Notes under the pieces: model-generated | Databases searched by the model: none | The model's input: only the letters and a program-made list of their open reading frames with translations | Told to the model about the DNA's origin: nothing | NCBI GenBank assembly: GCA_964057225.1 | Contig: OZ059896.1 | Coordinates: forward strand, 15,252,001 to 15,316,000 | Length of the DNA: 64,000 nucleotides | Source: Auanema rhodensis | Taxonomy: Eukaryota; Animalia; Nematoda | Direction of reading: 5' to 3' | Made by a program: the position numbers and the translations under genes | In this document: piece by piece, positions 1 to 13,168 of the stretch | Layout of the letters: every line of letters starts with the position of its first letter | Numbering within the stretch: the first letter of the stretch is position 1

Positions 1-148
1 CTTCTTCAGATACATACTCTCCCTCTTTTTTTCTTTTTATTTCTCTCTTTCTATCCTTAAGCTTCATCTGTATCTGCTCAAGCTGTCCATCACCTTTTAG
101 CCTTCCAGCGTCTAATGAAATAGGATATGGTACTGCCGGTCTGTCCAT
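1..148 (-). CDS. Possible first coding exon of a gene running off the left edge (MDRPAVPYPISLDAGRLKGDGQLEQIQMKLKDRKREIKRKKEGE...)
   Basis: ATG at 148 follows a TTTCCAAG acceptor-like site and the frame stays open to a GTATGT donor or the window edge. No recognisable domain. Confidence 0.3.
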   Translation of the reverse strand, partial: MDRPAVPYPISLDAGRLKGDGQLEQIQMKLKDRKREIKRKKEGEYVSEE

Positions 149-1030
149 CGAAATCTAAGTCGAGTCCATTAAAATTCTTGGAAAACCAAAAGAAAATAGT
201 ATGAAAGATGGCAAAAAGTGAAAATGGAGGACGTTTGTAACGATATGGTGAGGTGAGAAAACGGATGATGAGCATCTTCGCTGCTTCTGCTTGAACATCT
301 AACGAATCCATTTTTGGACTGGAAGTCATTCCCAGCCAAGAAATACGAGAAATAGTTTTAAACTATATTTGAACTTTCTAAATTATTCAAAGTTCAAACA
401 TTCAAGATATATATCTAGTGAGTGATTATGCTGAAATCTGATGTATTACTCTATTTTTAAATTTCAAATAAAAAGAATTTCAATAAATATTATTCTTAAA
501 TTTATAAAAATTTTCAGATGCTACAGTAAAGAAATATTTTGATTTGAAAGAATCGCTTATAAGAAAATTGTCAAATTAACAGCTTCAGCATGTCAAGCTT
601 AATTGGTGACAATGCTCGATGCTTTTGGATTACTTCATCAATTTTGAAGTACGGAAGTATTGAAGAAACATGAAAACATATTAACTTCATATTCATACAA
701 GGTTACAACCAATAGTGCGTTTGTGGCAATGACAAATGAAATGAACTGCTTTATATGAAACATTTCCACGTAAGACTTTCACGTGACGTTCATATTCAAA
801 TTCAAATAATTTCAAATATAGATTGTTTAGTATTTTCTATGACATATAATAATATTACATATCTAGATGCTTTTTCTTTAAGTCAATGTTACAAATATGA
901 ATTATGCGACTGCCACCCCCACAGATTGCAGGTCTTGCTGCTGCCGGATCGTCACACTATCCGATGGCTATTCTCGTTTCCAGACTATCCTTCAGACCTA
1001 CGAATCTGTGTGTTGGAGGCGTCAAGCTTG

Positions 1031-1038
1031 TGACGTCA
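1031..1038. promoter_or_regulatory. Perfect CRE palindrome TGACGTCA upstream of the neuropeptide gene
   Basis: TGACGTCA at 1031-1038, two GCTCCGCC GC-boxes near 1144 and 1168, and a probable non-coding first exon ending AAG|GTAGGT at 1284. Confidence 0.45.
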
Positions 1039-1615
1039 TCAACGTTCTTCTTCCTATAGCATAAACTAAACTTTATCTCTTCTATCTTACTCAATTTCTT
1101 CAGCTTTTCTCACGCTTGCAAGTCCATTCAAAACAGCCTCTATGCTCCGCCCAAATTTTTAACACAAGCTCCGCCTATCGTTGTTAGCTTATAGAGACGT
1201 TAATCGAGCAAGAAAATCCTCACTTCTGATCCTCTGGTATCTGCTAGCAGATTTCAGAGCTACTCTTCTCCAAAAGTTGAAAAGGTAGGTTCAAAAGACC
1301 TTTTTTCCTCTTTAATATCAAGAAGTTACTTTTCTTTTGTTCTTAAAACATCTTCTTTTCTCTTTTCTCTCATTCACGTTCTCTCATTTGATATTATTTC
1401 GTTTTCTTATTCTTTCTGTCTATATATAGACATTTCTCTATGAATATTGCAAACTTTTCCTCGTCTTTGGGCTTGGGTTAAACAGCGTTACCTATGCTTT
1501 CCATTATGCTCTTCCTCTTGAAAGCTTTTTTTCATTCATTCAAATTTCTCAAAATATTTTTATTTATATCATATATTTATTTGTTTTTTATTCTTTGCAC
1601 TCAATATAATTTAGG

Positions 1616-3360
1616 ATGAATCAAATAACTTGGATATTGCTTTCTTTAACTATCGCTTACTGTACTCTAGCTGCTCCAGCTTCTTCTTCAGACTATTCTG
1701 ACAGATCTGTCACACTAAAGCGTGGAGCCCGAGTACGTGAGCTCTTAGGAAAGCGAGGTAAAAATGATTTTTCTTTTGATTATCAATTCGCGCATTTCAC
1801 TTCATTTTACTATTTAAGCCTGCCATATAGCCTTGTAATTTTGAAAATTTGTAGTTTCTGCCAAGAATATTTTAAGATATTTGAAGAATAGTTATTCAAA
1901 AAAGATTATTAGAAAACAAGTTGAACGTTATGTTTTAAAAAAAAATTTATAAAGAAAGTAAGAGGTAAGATGGATACTCGTTGTTATTAAGATAGAGGGT
2001 GTGGAGGGGGGGACAGGGAGAAGAGAGGAAGGAAAAGCATAAAGGAGAAACAAAACTATTTCTTTGTTAACATTCTCTCTTGTAAGCAAAGCCAACTTTA
2101 AAATATTAAGAATGAATCTAACAAAGAGTTTTGTTCTCCCAAAATTAGTTAAAATACAAAGAAAACTTTCATATAAATGTGTTATTTTGAATTTCTTTTT
2201 AATATTTGTCTTATATTATCTCCTTTTTCCTTCTTAACACTACTACTACTACATAAATTTATTTTTCAAAGCCAAAAATTTTGTTTTTCAAAAATTTCAA
2301 TTCTTAGTGCAAATTTTTAATTTTTATAAAATTAAACTGAAATGCAAGAAGAATAAAAGGATAAGAGAATATCCAAGAAATATAATGATAATAAAGATTA
2401 TAATGATGATGATGAGTGAATATTTGAAGAAAAAAAATAAGATTTTCCTTTATAGCAGCAGGCTGGGACTACTTAATTCCATCAAAACGAGGCGAATTAC
2501 TTGGCAAACGTAGTGTTATATGGTCAGCTCGAAGTGCTGAAAAGCGTCGTGGACGTGAGCTATTCGGTGAGTATTCATTGAGTACAGTATCTCATTTTTC
2601 ATAAAAAAATATATTTTTATAAACAACTTTTCTCTATTTTCGTATTGTTGGTGTTGTTTTAAAAATATTTGGATAAAGAAGAAAACTATTTGATTTCAAA
2701 ACTATATTTTCACAACCAATTCATGCAAGAACTGGATGACGAGGTCAGCTCGTCAGAGTCAGAGTCAGAGCTTGCTATGTTGTGTACTTTTAAAGAAATT
2801 AGAGAAAAATCTTGAGAAATTTGTGGAAATACACGTAATTGAAGAAGTAAAATGATGGTTTGACTGGGTTATTTTCTTACGCACATCTTATCCAGTCATC
2901 TTCAATTCCAATTTCAAATGGAAATCATGTTCGTTTCGTTACGAAGCATTGTGCTGGCTTGTACAACCTTCTCAACTCTCTCACTGATCCAAGCTGAATT
3001 TGAATTTGGCAATTTCGTTAAATGAAAAATAGAAAAATCTAAAGGAAAAGCATGAATCTTAAACGAAAAGTTGTAGGTAAACGATCCGATCCTGAATTAT
3101 CTGGCGCGGAAGTCGATGAAGATTATGGAGATGATTATAGTCAGGTTTGTATTTTCGTTCCAAGAAAATCACAAAATTTTCGTTTTTGTCATATTTTTCA
3201 ATTTTTACCTTTTACAAAAAAGAATAAAAGTAACAAGAATGAAATAGTTAAAGATAGAGTAATCTTGTTAATTTTCAAAATATTGCAGTTTGATCCGGAA
3301 CTTATGGCCCTCATAACAAGACGTGAGAGACGTGGGCGCGTACGTGAATTGCTCGGTTAA
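1616..3360 (+). CDS. trh-1: TRH-like neuropeptide precursor (4 coding exons)
   Basis: Exons 1616-1757, 2456-2566, 3077-3144 and 3289-3360 splice to: signal peptide...KR-GARVRELLG-KR-AAGWDYLIPS-KR-GELLG-KR-SVIWSARSAE-KR-RGRELFG-KR-acidic spacer-RR-GRVRELLG*. GRELF-amide matches C. elegans TRH-1A (nlp-54). AATAAA near 3793. Confidence 0.88.
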
Positions 3361-3489
3361 GCACCAGAATATATTTGACGTCAGTGCTTCTACAAACATT
3401 CTGATGTCATCGAAACCTTTTTCTTCCTTCATTTTTATCAAGTATTTCACTAATAATTCCGGCAACTGTATCACAACATACACAACACA

Positions 3490-3492
<3 letters not shown>

Positions 3493-3526
<34 letters not shown>
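3493..3526. repeat. (TC)n microsatellite in the trh-1 3' UTR
   Basis: Uninterrupted TC dinucleotide run. Confidence 0.95.
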
Positions 3527-3534
<8 letters not shown>

Positions 3535-4044
3535 TATCCCTATATACTTAGCTTCCCTATCAAATGATCTCATACCTCTTCAATTCGATTCTATTTTTCC
3601 TTGTTATTAATACACACCATATGATCTCTGTGTTACTGACTCAGTAATCCCAACCTTCTCCCCCTTGCCATCCCTCATCTCCCAATTCCAAATACATTCC
3701 GGTTCAGCTCCTCTCTCTTGCCATGTCTTAAGTTGTTGGGTAGACAAAAAAGGTTTAATTAATCATTCTAATGGTCATTTCATTTGAATATAAATAAAAA
3801 TCTGTTGATAATTACCTTATAAATTGAATTGCCTTACTAATTTAATTATGTTCCCCTTTTCTTTTTAATTTTATATTATTTTAAATATTATTTTATATAA
3901 TTATTTTTTTCTTTAATTTTTAAGAAAAAAAAAAAACAAAAAAATGACTAGAAATGGCTAGCTAATGAGTGATCATGATGCAACTTTTAAAGATTCTTCT
4001 ATTCAGAAAATATATTTGAAAAAAAAAATGATTGACAAACAAAC

Positions 4045-4818
4045 CTTTAAACATTCCATGCCACATGGTACTAATGAACATTGTATTCGTATCGAATTAT
4101 CACTTAATATAACTTTTTCCAAATTGATGAATGATGTGAATAGACGATTGTAGCCAATGCTACTGACTTCAAATGGGCTGAATGCTTCCGTCAGTTGACA
4201 ACCAGTCTATAAAGCTTAATCAAATGAATCAATTTCCGTTATAATAGGATAGATCACAAAGATTTAAATGATTACAGTGATATATATGATAAAGAAATAT
4301 AAAAAGTATTAGAAGTATATACCTCATCTGAAAGTAAAATATCATTTGTTTCATCAATAATCTGACATTGAGTTGGAAATAATGATCGATTATCAATGAT
4401 TGTTTGATTATGAATAATGATATCTATAGCTAAATGGCTATTATTCAGTTGTTTTACGTTTAATGAAATTGTTTTTTGTTGAAATCTGAAAGAATTTGTT
4501 ATAAAAACTTTGAAATAATCAATAATCCTTACGTTGAATAATCATTTATAGAATCAGAGCATGTTGTTCTGAAAATATCTGGAGTTTCTGTTTCTACAAA
4601 CTTCGGTAAAGCATGTACAATCAATGAGCTATTATTATCCTAAAAATAATTATATCATGATATTATAACTAAAAGAAATAAGCTTACAATACAGTTTTTA
4701 TCATAAATCAACTGGTTTTTCCGTAAAATTGAGCATTGCGACGAGGTTACGGCTCTCAACTGCGTAGCGTCTGATAGAGATTTCAATGTGAGATGCGCTG
4801 GATGGCACGATACTAAGA
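4045..4818 (-). CDS. Compact ZP-domain (cuticlin-like) protein, termini unresolved
   Basis: Four in-frame GT-AG exons (4818-4688, ~4639-4533, ~4485-4323, ~4206-4045) give LVSCHPAHLTLK..QCS..NCI..TCS..PTQCQIIDETNDILLSDETGCQLTEAFSPF..IRIQCSLVPCGMECLK. The Cys spacing resembles ZP-N plus ZP-C. No signal-peptide exon was found. Confidence 0.5.
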
Positions 4819-5957
4819 CTGAAAGGGAAACATAAAATCATAATTCTGATCCATTTTTATAGTATACTATGTAGTTCAATTTAACTATATGAATATAGCT
4901 AGAACAAAATATATAATTTAATTAGAAGCGTTGTCATTACAAACTTGTTTTTCCGTTACTTTTTCATTTTGCTTCTGAAGTATGTAGACGACTTTGTGTG
5001 TACTTGTCAGAGGTCAGAATACTTATTTCAATCATATTTCATTTTATTATTTATTTACAAATTTTAAAAATTATTAAATAATTAAAAATACAGTTTTTGA
5101 TAATTTAATTGATATATATATATAGCATATTCACTCAAAAATCTCATCTTATATATATTTAATTTTTAAAAATATTATTATATTATTCATTTATATAGTA
5201 AGAAAGCATTTAATGAACTATATACTATACTATACTTTAAGGTTTATGATTTTTTTCTTTCATTCTCTCTTTAATTCGTTTTGATGTGTATGATCAGATT
5301 AGAAGATCTAGCTCTTTTTTGCCTCACAAATTATAAGAATCTGATTAAATTCATGTTTTTCACTAATTTGAATATAATTATACATTTTGTTTTTCAAAAT
5401 ATACTAAGTAAAACTTCATTTCCTATTCAAGTTGTATTGGTTTCAATCACCTTTAACCTTCCATCTTGTTTTCTATTAAACCATGACATACAATATGCTA
5501 ATTTCAAGTTTTATAAATAGATTTCTATACTATATGATCTTTGTTCATTAATTAAGTTTTTTTATTATTATTTTTGTTTATTTTTGTTTATTTTTTGTTT
5601 TATTATAATCATAAAATTTTATAATCTCACGTAATTTATGTTGTTACGTCTCATCTTTACATCACAGTCATTTTGATTTTCGCTTATGTAGAACGGTTGT
5701 GTGCTTCTTCTTCTTCTTTGAATCGTCATACATACACACACACACACACCTTCTATCCATATCCAACCGTTCATCTTCACACTCTTTTTTCCATTTCTCA
5801 CCTTTTTCATTCATTCAATCCAATAATTCTCATTCAACTCTCTTTTCAGATTTTTTTCTTTTTCGTTTTTGCTTCAATTCCACCCAAAACTCTCAAAAGA
5901 CTCCTCCTACCAGCTTCACAGCAAGATTCTCCTGTTTAGGTCCATTGACCATCCAGC

Positions 5958-8900
5958 ATGTGTAATAATGGAAATCAACTTTTATCTTTTATTCTTTCAA
6001 TAACGTACGTTTTTCTTTTATATCTTTCAATATTAGGTTGTTAACTAACTAATTATATATAAAGTACATATAGTATATGTTGATTTTTCTTTTTTTTATA
6101 TTCCATTGACATCAGCCTAATTTTTTGATGAATATGCATTAAGAATCATGATATAACTCTTTATCTTTGTTATGTTTTTAAATTTTTTCTTTAAATAAAT
6201 TGAAAATTAATGCATATTCATCTTATCTATTATCCTTTTTTTTTCAAAAAAATTTAAAAAAAGCACTCAGATGTTTTGTTTCAGATTCATATCAATATCT
6301 GGTTTTCAGTATGATTCATGTTTTTCAAAACATAGCAATCACTATCTTGAGCAAAGTGGTCGAATACAACTTCCGAATATGGTTGATAAAGCTGAATGTT
6401 TATCAGCTTGCTTGATGGTAGTCATTTTTTGATAATTCTTATTTCAAGTATTCAGATGATAAATTATCCCAAAAGATGGACAACGAAAAGAAATAAAGAG
6501 AGAGAGAGAGATAAAGAGAGAGAGAGAGAGAGATAAAGAGAGAGAGATAAAGAGAGAGAGATAGAGATAAAGAGAGAGAGAGAGAGCGAGAGAGAGAGAG
6601 AGAGAGAGGGAGAGATATTAAGAGAGAGAGAGAGAGAGAGATAAAAATGGGGACGTAGGTGTATAAGAAAGGTAAAAGGAGGTTTAATGGCAAAACGAAC
6701 TCATTCAGCGCGATCTTCTTTCTATTAATGTATTCAGTATCTATTGGCTACTTTCGATTTTCCTGTTTAAAGTCGAAAAAGAAATAAAAAAAGATGAATC
6801 ATTCAACTTAGATGAAAAAGGATTGTCTTGACCTGTTGTGAACTATCTCGTAATTTTCATCTCGTACTCTTTATTTATCTCTTTTTCGGTCTACCTCTAT
6901 TCCAATGTTCTCCCGCTCATATTTTTTTTACAACAGAATAATGAAAGAGAGAGAGAAAGAGAGAGGTAGAGAGAGAGAGAGAGAGAGAGAGAAAGGTTGA
7001 AAAAGAAAAAGAGAAAAGTGAAGTATCGAAAGATATCGAATAAGATTTTGAAAATTTGATGATACTTTCAGGCTGAGCTACGTCATGGATTTTATTGTAA
7101 TACAGTTATGTGGCAGAAACTAGAACATAAATGTGTTCTATCCAGATGGAGTATAGCTCAAAAAGTTAGAAGAAAAAAAGAATTAAATGTGAAAACACGT
7201 AATGATTTCAGAGATCACGTCTCCGAAAAGCAACCGCAGGCGATATAGATTTGTATTCAAATCATTGCTATTTAAAGGTAAATAAGAGAAAAAAGTTGTT
7301 GTTGTTGTTTGTTGTTGTGTATAAGATAGATAGATACAAAAAAATATACAACATCAAGTTTATAAGTTTTTAATAAATCTATTTAACAGGCGGAATCGAA
7401 AAAACAATTGAATTATAAGAAGTCAGCAGGTACTGACGAGCGTTATATCCGTAATGTCATTCTACTTGATAGCAATGCTAATAATAATCAAAAATCAACA
7501 AACAATAATAATAATAATAATATATTATTATCATCTGTTACAAAAACATTGTAAGTTTCAGTTTTTTTTTTATTTCCCAAAAAGAAAATTCATTTTAAAA
7601 ATCTGTACTCATGTAAAGATCTCAAACACATCATGCTTCTGTTCAAGTACCCGATGTAAAGACTGGAATTTCACAGACAAACAAGGATAGACATCTAAAT
7701 GCTTCAGGTTTCTATTTGAAATTTTTAATTTTTTGCTGTTCTCAGTTTGCAGTTTGAAACCGAAAAACGAAGAATGAAAGATGAAAAAAAATTGTCTTTA
7801 TCTTCTTTTTCTTAAAACATCACATTTTCAGCAATAATATCTTCGAATATCGATGTTATATCTAACACTAACCACGTGAAAGCCCAAGTTATTGATAGTG
7901 CGGTATGCTAATTTTCACGTAAAAGTACACGCATCCTGAAATGGACTTACGTGTCATAAGCAAATGTTATTATATTCACGAACGGTTGACGTTGATATGA
8001 ATAATTATTCGAAAAAAAACATTAATTTCGGTCTAGTTAACTATACAATTTCAACGAATAATTATTGATACTTTCGAATAATTGTCTCGATTTTTGAATG
8101 TTTGTGGATTTAAAAAAAAATTTAAAATCGATAAACTTAATTTATACAGAAACCAAATATTTCTTTCAATTCAATTATTCAAAGCATATTATTCAGCTAG
8201 CTGGTGACAGCTTCTCATCACAACCATGGCATCGACCTCCAATACGTAATGTGCCCATTATGAAACATCATTATCCATCAGCAGGTTAATATAGAGTTTA
8301 GAACTAATTGAGCTATAAGCTTATAAACTGTTTAGCTACAACAATGCCAACTAAATTGCCCAGCACAATACTTCCAACATCAACATCAACAACAACATTA
8401 GCAGTTGAAGAAAGAACAACTAACTTCATCATTCCTCAACGAACGACAATAGCAATAAAGCCATTACGATATCAGCAACAACGAAATGTGGTAAATTGAT
8501 TTAAACGAAAAACGGAAAAATCTACTTCATTTTTTGAATAGATTGACAAGGAAAACACCTTGACAACAACATCAAAACCACCAACACCAATACGTTCGTT
8601 TGACCCATATTTTCATTCTTTTTCTTTTATTTTAGTTGAAGTTAATGAGAAAGTTACTGTCAAACTGTTTAATCCATGCTTCCGTTTAAATAAAGGATAT
8701 TTCCTAAGAGGATTTGCTGAAAGAATGATTCAGTTAGTTTATTTTCAACATAAATATTCCAAATTAGATGGGGGGTAGTGATCAGAAATCGACTTTTATA
8801 TATTTTCAGATCTGTTGATTTACGTAAATGCCTTATTAGTTGCTTAGAAAGTTTGGATTTTTACTGTGCTAGTGTTAACTATAATGACAAATCATCGGTA

Positions 8901-9682
8901 ATTTATAAAAGAAATATTATTTATTATTCAAAAATATTAGATTTGTGTCCTAAATGGAGGAAATAGTCGTTTGAATCAAGCATCAATCGAAAGAGCATCA
9001 AATATGGATTATTATGAAAATTTGTGTAGTCCTTTGAGTACAGTAGCAAAAACGTCAAGTAATCTGGTTAAGCTTTAAAGTTTTTAAATTTTAAAAATTT
9101 TATAGAGACAGATATAATATTAAATGAGGAAGTTTTAAAAAGATGCATCACTGGTCAAAAAGATTCAACATTACTCAGCTTAATGGGTGATATTCAACCG
9201 AATGTAGAAAGTTTGAGTATGTTCCAAAGAATATTTTTATGAATATAAATACAACACAAAGCCACACTAACACCCACTCATACATACAAACAAAACTTTT
9301 TTTCAACAGCTTTACACGTTTTTTGTTCAAAAAAAAATTAAAATTTCCAGCTCAATGCATTTCTTTGTGTCTTCTATCAAAAAGCCGAACACTTAGGGCA
9401 TGTACAGCAGTAAATTGGTTAGGAAATATGAAATCTTGTATACTTTTTAAGGAAATCATTGACAGGTAAACTAGATATATATGTTATTTTCTTATTAAAA
9501 CAAATTTCAAGTAAATTGATCTCAAATTCTCCTGGATCTTACGTCTATGAGAATCGATGCTCAGGTATGTTTTAATTGTTTCATTTCATCATATCTCAAT
9601 CTATTTGTATAATTCAGGTGAAAAATTCGAAGAAGTTCCATTAAAAACAAATGATAAAGAAGATTATTATGATTCAAATTGA
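5958..9682 (+). CDS. Secreted protein with three PAN/Apple domains and a Thr/Pro-rich linker
   Basis: Many short GT-AG exons encode an N-terminal hydrophobic leader and three PAN modules: SCF..ECLSACL..YCNTVMW..KCVLS..DLYSNHC; PCF..KCLISCL..YCASVNY..ICVLN..DYYENLC; RCI..QCISLCL..ACTAVNW..SCILF..YVYENRC. Stop TGA at 9680-9682, AATAAA ~9736. Confidence 0.85.
6497..6641. repeat. Degenerate (GA)n microsatellite in an intron
   Basis: GA runs interrupted by TAAA. Similar tracts lie near 6946-6991, 12340-12392 and 23241-23296. Confidence 0.9.
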
Positions 9683-10073
9683 TTAACAAAATGAATAATT
9701 TAAATTTTTTTAAAATTAATATTATTTTCTATGAAAATAAAGTTTTACATATAATCCAAATATAAACTTACTCGAGGATGAATAAGCAGATGTTGATGTG
9801 ATGAAAATAAAGAAAATACAGTAAAACATAGAGAATATTTGAATTTTTATATTAAATTTATAATAATTATTAGATAATATTATGCAGAATCTTCTAAGAT
9901 TTGACGAAATGAGACCTAAGAAATATTTTTGTAAGGCCTTGTTGAAAATTAACTTATAATTACAATGACCTCATATTTTTCTTTTCATAGTTGCCAGGTG
10001 TCATTCTCTCGTAATTCAATATATTCAAGGTAAGATAGAAGACTTTTGAAAGAAAGAGGTAAACTTTGAAAGA

Positions 10074-10090
10074 TAGAGAGAGAGAGAGAA

Positions 10091-10134
<44 letters not shown>
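10074..10134. repeat. (GA)n microsatellite
   Basis: Visible dinucleotide run. Confidence 0.9.
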
Positions 10135-10143
<9 letters not shown>

Positions 10144-10538
10144 AACTGTAGATGATCGTTTACCACGTTACCCCTGTCTTCCTACCATATCCATAATTTC
10201 ACATAGACCCATATGAATGAGGAACACAGATTTTTCACATAACTACATCTCATTCAAGTATTTTTAGTTATAATATTTGGCTGATGAAAAAGTCGAAGAT
10301 ACAATAATCAGGGAAAAACATGCATTTGTATCAAAATAATTGAAATTATGTGAATGTTTACATGTACATATCTAATGTATTTCATAAGTAGCTACACCAT
10401 CTCTATGAGTATGTCCATACATCTAAAGGATCTGACTTTCGAAAAACGATGAGGCGAAAAGTTAATTGAAAACCGGAAATAGAAGTAAGACATGTACACA
10501 TAGCATACAGATTGAAGAACATTATCTCCTTCTTATAT

Positions 10539-12040
10539 TCATGTTATAACAGATACGGTTGATCGACGTCGATTGGACGCATACGACGTATATGATGGTC
10601 CTGAAGAAGGCGATGAGAGTTTCAGAATTCCAAGTATTCGGTCTCGATATCTTGGTGTATGATAGAAATGAAAAATAGAAGCAAAAACGCCACTTGTTGA
10701 CTGTAATACAATGAGAAGTTGAGATATATCTGAAACAAAATATGCAATAAAACTTAAAACTTGAACCAAAAACTTACAGCTTATAAATATTAGATTAATC
10801 TGTAATGAGCTTATTATGAAAATAATAACAAAAAGAAGAATTAAAGGAGCATATGTAAAGAAAGTCTGATATATTTTATAAAAGTTGTTAATTTTAAAAA
10901 AAAAATTATTACCTGAGCATACAAAATGGGACTAATGTATAAATGATTCCTTATTGTATCAGAAGATATATATGAATTTGTAGTTTTTATATTTTTACTT
11001 GTAATTATTTGAAGAAAAATAATAAAAAATAAAGAAAATAAAATAATTAATATTGAATGAATTATAAGGAAAATGAAACTTTTTGATTTTTCGAGATCAA
11101 AAAGAAAAGTTCGATCAGTATATAGATCTTCATTTGATAGATGAGTCAAATACTAAATAATCAAATTATCAAATAAACATAGAAACTTTCAAATAAACTT
11201 ACAACTTGACAAGCATCTTTCATAGATTTTGATTCTAAATTTTCAATACGAACAAATGGTAAAGCAATTAGTAAGACGGTAAAACATATGATATACACAG
11301 TTTTTCGACTCAAAAATGAATATAATCCTGTTATATTAACAGGTAAAATAGATAAACGATAGAAGTAAATCATTAAAAGTAAAGTAATTTGAACTAAAAT
11401 TTGAATAAAAAAAAAGAAAAATTTAAATAAAAAACTTACCAGAAAAATTTAAAATGAGTATACTAAACTGTGTCATTCCATTCATATGTAATGTACTAAA
11501 AATACCTAACGGATATATACCAAAGCATGGAATAACTATATATGGGATAACACCAATAGTAAGTAATCCAGATAAGAGACTTGTACTAAAAACGAAAAAA
11601 ATTAAATTATTTTGAAATGAGCATGGAAATTTTGATGTCGTCATTCAATTCTTATCTTTAGAAAATTTTTATTTTGATATATATGTATGATATGAGTTTA
11701 TCTAATTTTTTTTATTTATATCAAATAATGTATAATATATATATATATATATATATAATAACATATATTATATAATATTTCTTTATTTGAAATTGGTACG
11801 GTATAGAAAACTTGAAATGAAATTATACAACTTCAATCTACATATCTATATATGATAATGAATGATGAATTATAAGAAAGTTTCAACTTACCTTATATAA
11901 TAAGCTATATTTAATATTTTATATTCTTTACAAAGATGATCAGAAAATTTAAATATAGTAAATGATGTTAAAAGTGGCAAAAGTATAGCAATTGGAGAGA
12001 GAATCATCATAAAAATGCTGAACATAAACAGAAAATTCAT
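10539..12040 (-). CDS. Serpentine 7TM chemoreceptor (Srh/Sri/Str superfamily-like)
   Basis: Six exons splice to an open, highly hydrophobic protein of roughly 300 aa with PYIVIPCFGIYPLGIF, FYRL after TM3, and a C-terminal HTPRYRDRI motif typical of this nematode GPCR superfamily. Confidence 0.75.
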
Positions 12041-13168
12041 AGTTTGTCGTTGTGGTTATGCGCTGGTTGTGATCGTCGCCTGTCTACGCAGGTAAATGTT
12101 GGAAGAAAGACAAAACTTTTCTTGTTTTCCTCTAAAAACCAAACCTATTACACCATATTATTTCATTTCATATTTATTTTCACATAATCATACATTGAAA
12201 AATAATTAAATATTATGATTATTTAATGTTTTGCACAGGTATACATATCTACAACAATTTTTTTTTTAAATTAATGTATAGGAGCTGCGACTTCAATATC
12301 GTTGTTTCAATCTGAATATTTCTGAATCATATATAAAGAGAGAGATTAAGAGAGAGCGAGAGAGAGAGGGAAAGAGAGAGAGAGAGAAAGAGATGCATGA
12401 GAGGCTATTCAAGACGAGGCGATTCAAGATAGGTAGAAGGTACAAAATCTTTACAAAAAATTCTTAATACTATACTAGAAGACTAATTATTTTCATTTAG
12501 ATAATTAAGTTTTCTTATTAACTAATCATTATAGTTAATTAGAAAATGAAGAAGATTATCATTTATCATATAAAATGTCAAAAATCGTTTTTTTTTGAGA
12601 ATTAGGATGAAATACATATACATACATACAATTTCTCTTCGACCTTCATCAAATTCATTTGAAAATCTACATCTGCAGTTGCGAAACATAGTTTGATTTC
12701 AAAGTTTGAACTACCATATGCACTATTAAGGGCATTCTGTGAAAAAAAATCGTATCGTTCTTTCCTTTTATAGTTTTTTTTGTTTAAAACAATATTTATT
12801 TTATAAAATTTATATGATTTCTTTTCCTGAAATGAAATATAATAGGTTAACTTTCATAATCATTCTCTTTTATGCTTGTAAACTCTTGTTCCAAAATAAT
12901 AATTGCGAAATCAATTCCTTATCTATTGCTTACTTCCTTCATTCAGATCTACTCTTCAATATTTCTTTTTCTTCTAATATTTGAATATATCTCTTTTGCT
13001 TTTGTCATATTTCGTTTAAAACCATCCCTCTTTCTCTTTCCTCGTTCATCTTCTTATTCGCTTTATCGCGATTTCATAGTATTTGATTTGAAAAGTGTCT
13101 CTTTGTTCTCATATTCTGCGAAAATTTTCAAAATTTCAGTTGAACTTGATCGTGTAGATTGCAATAGG

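Noticed and set aside
6439-6693. SL-repeat and RE-repeat ORFs (also at 3268, 9960, 23218, 59104)
   Set aside because: Translations of GA/TC microsatellites.
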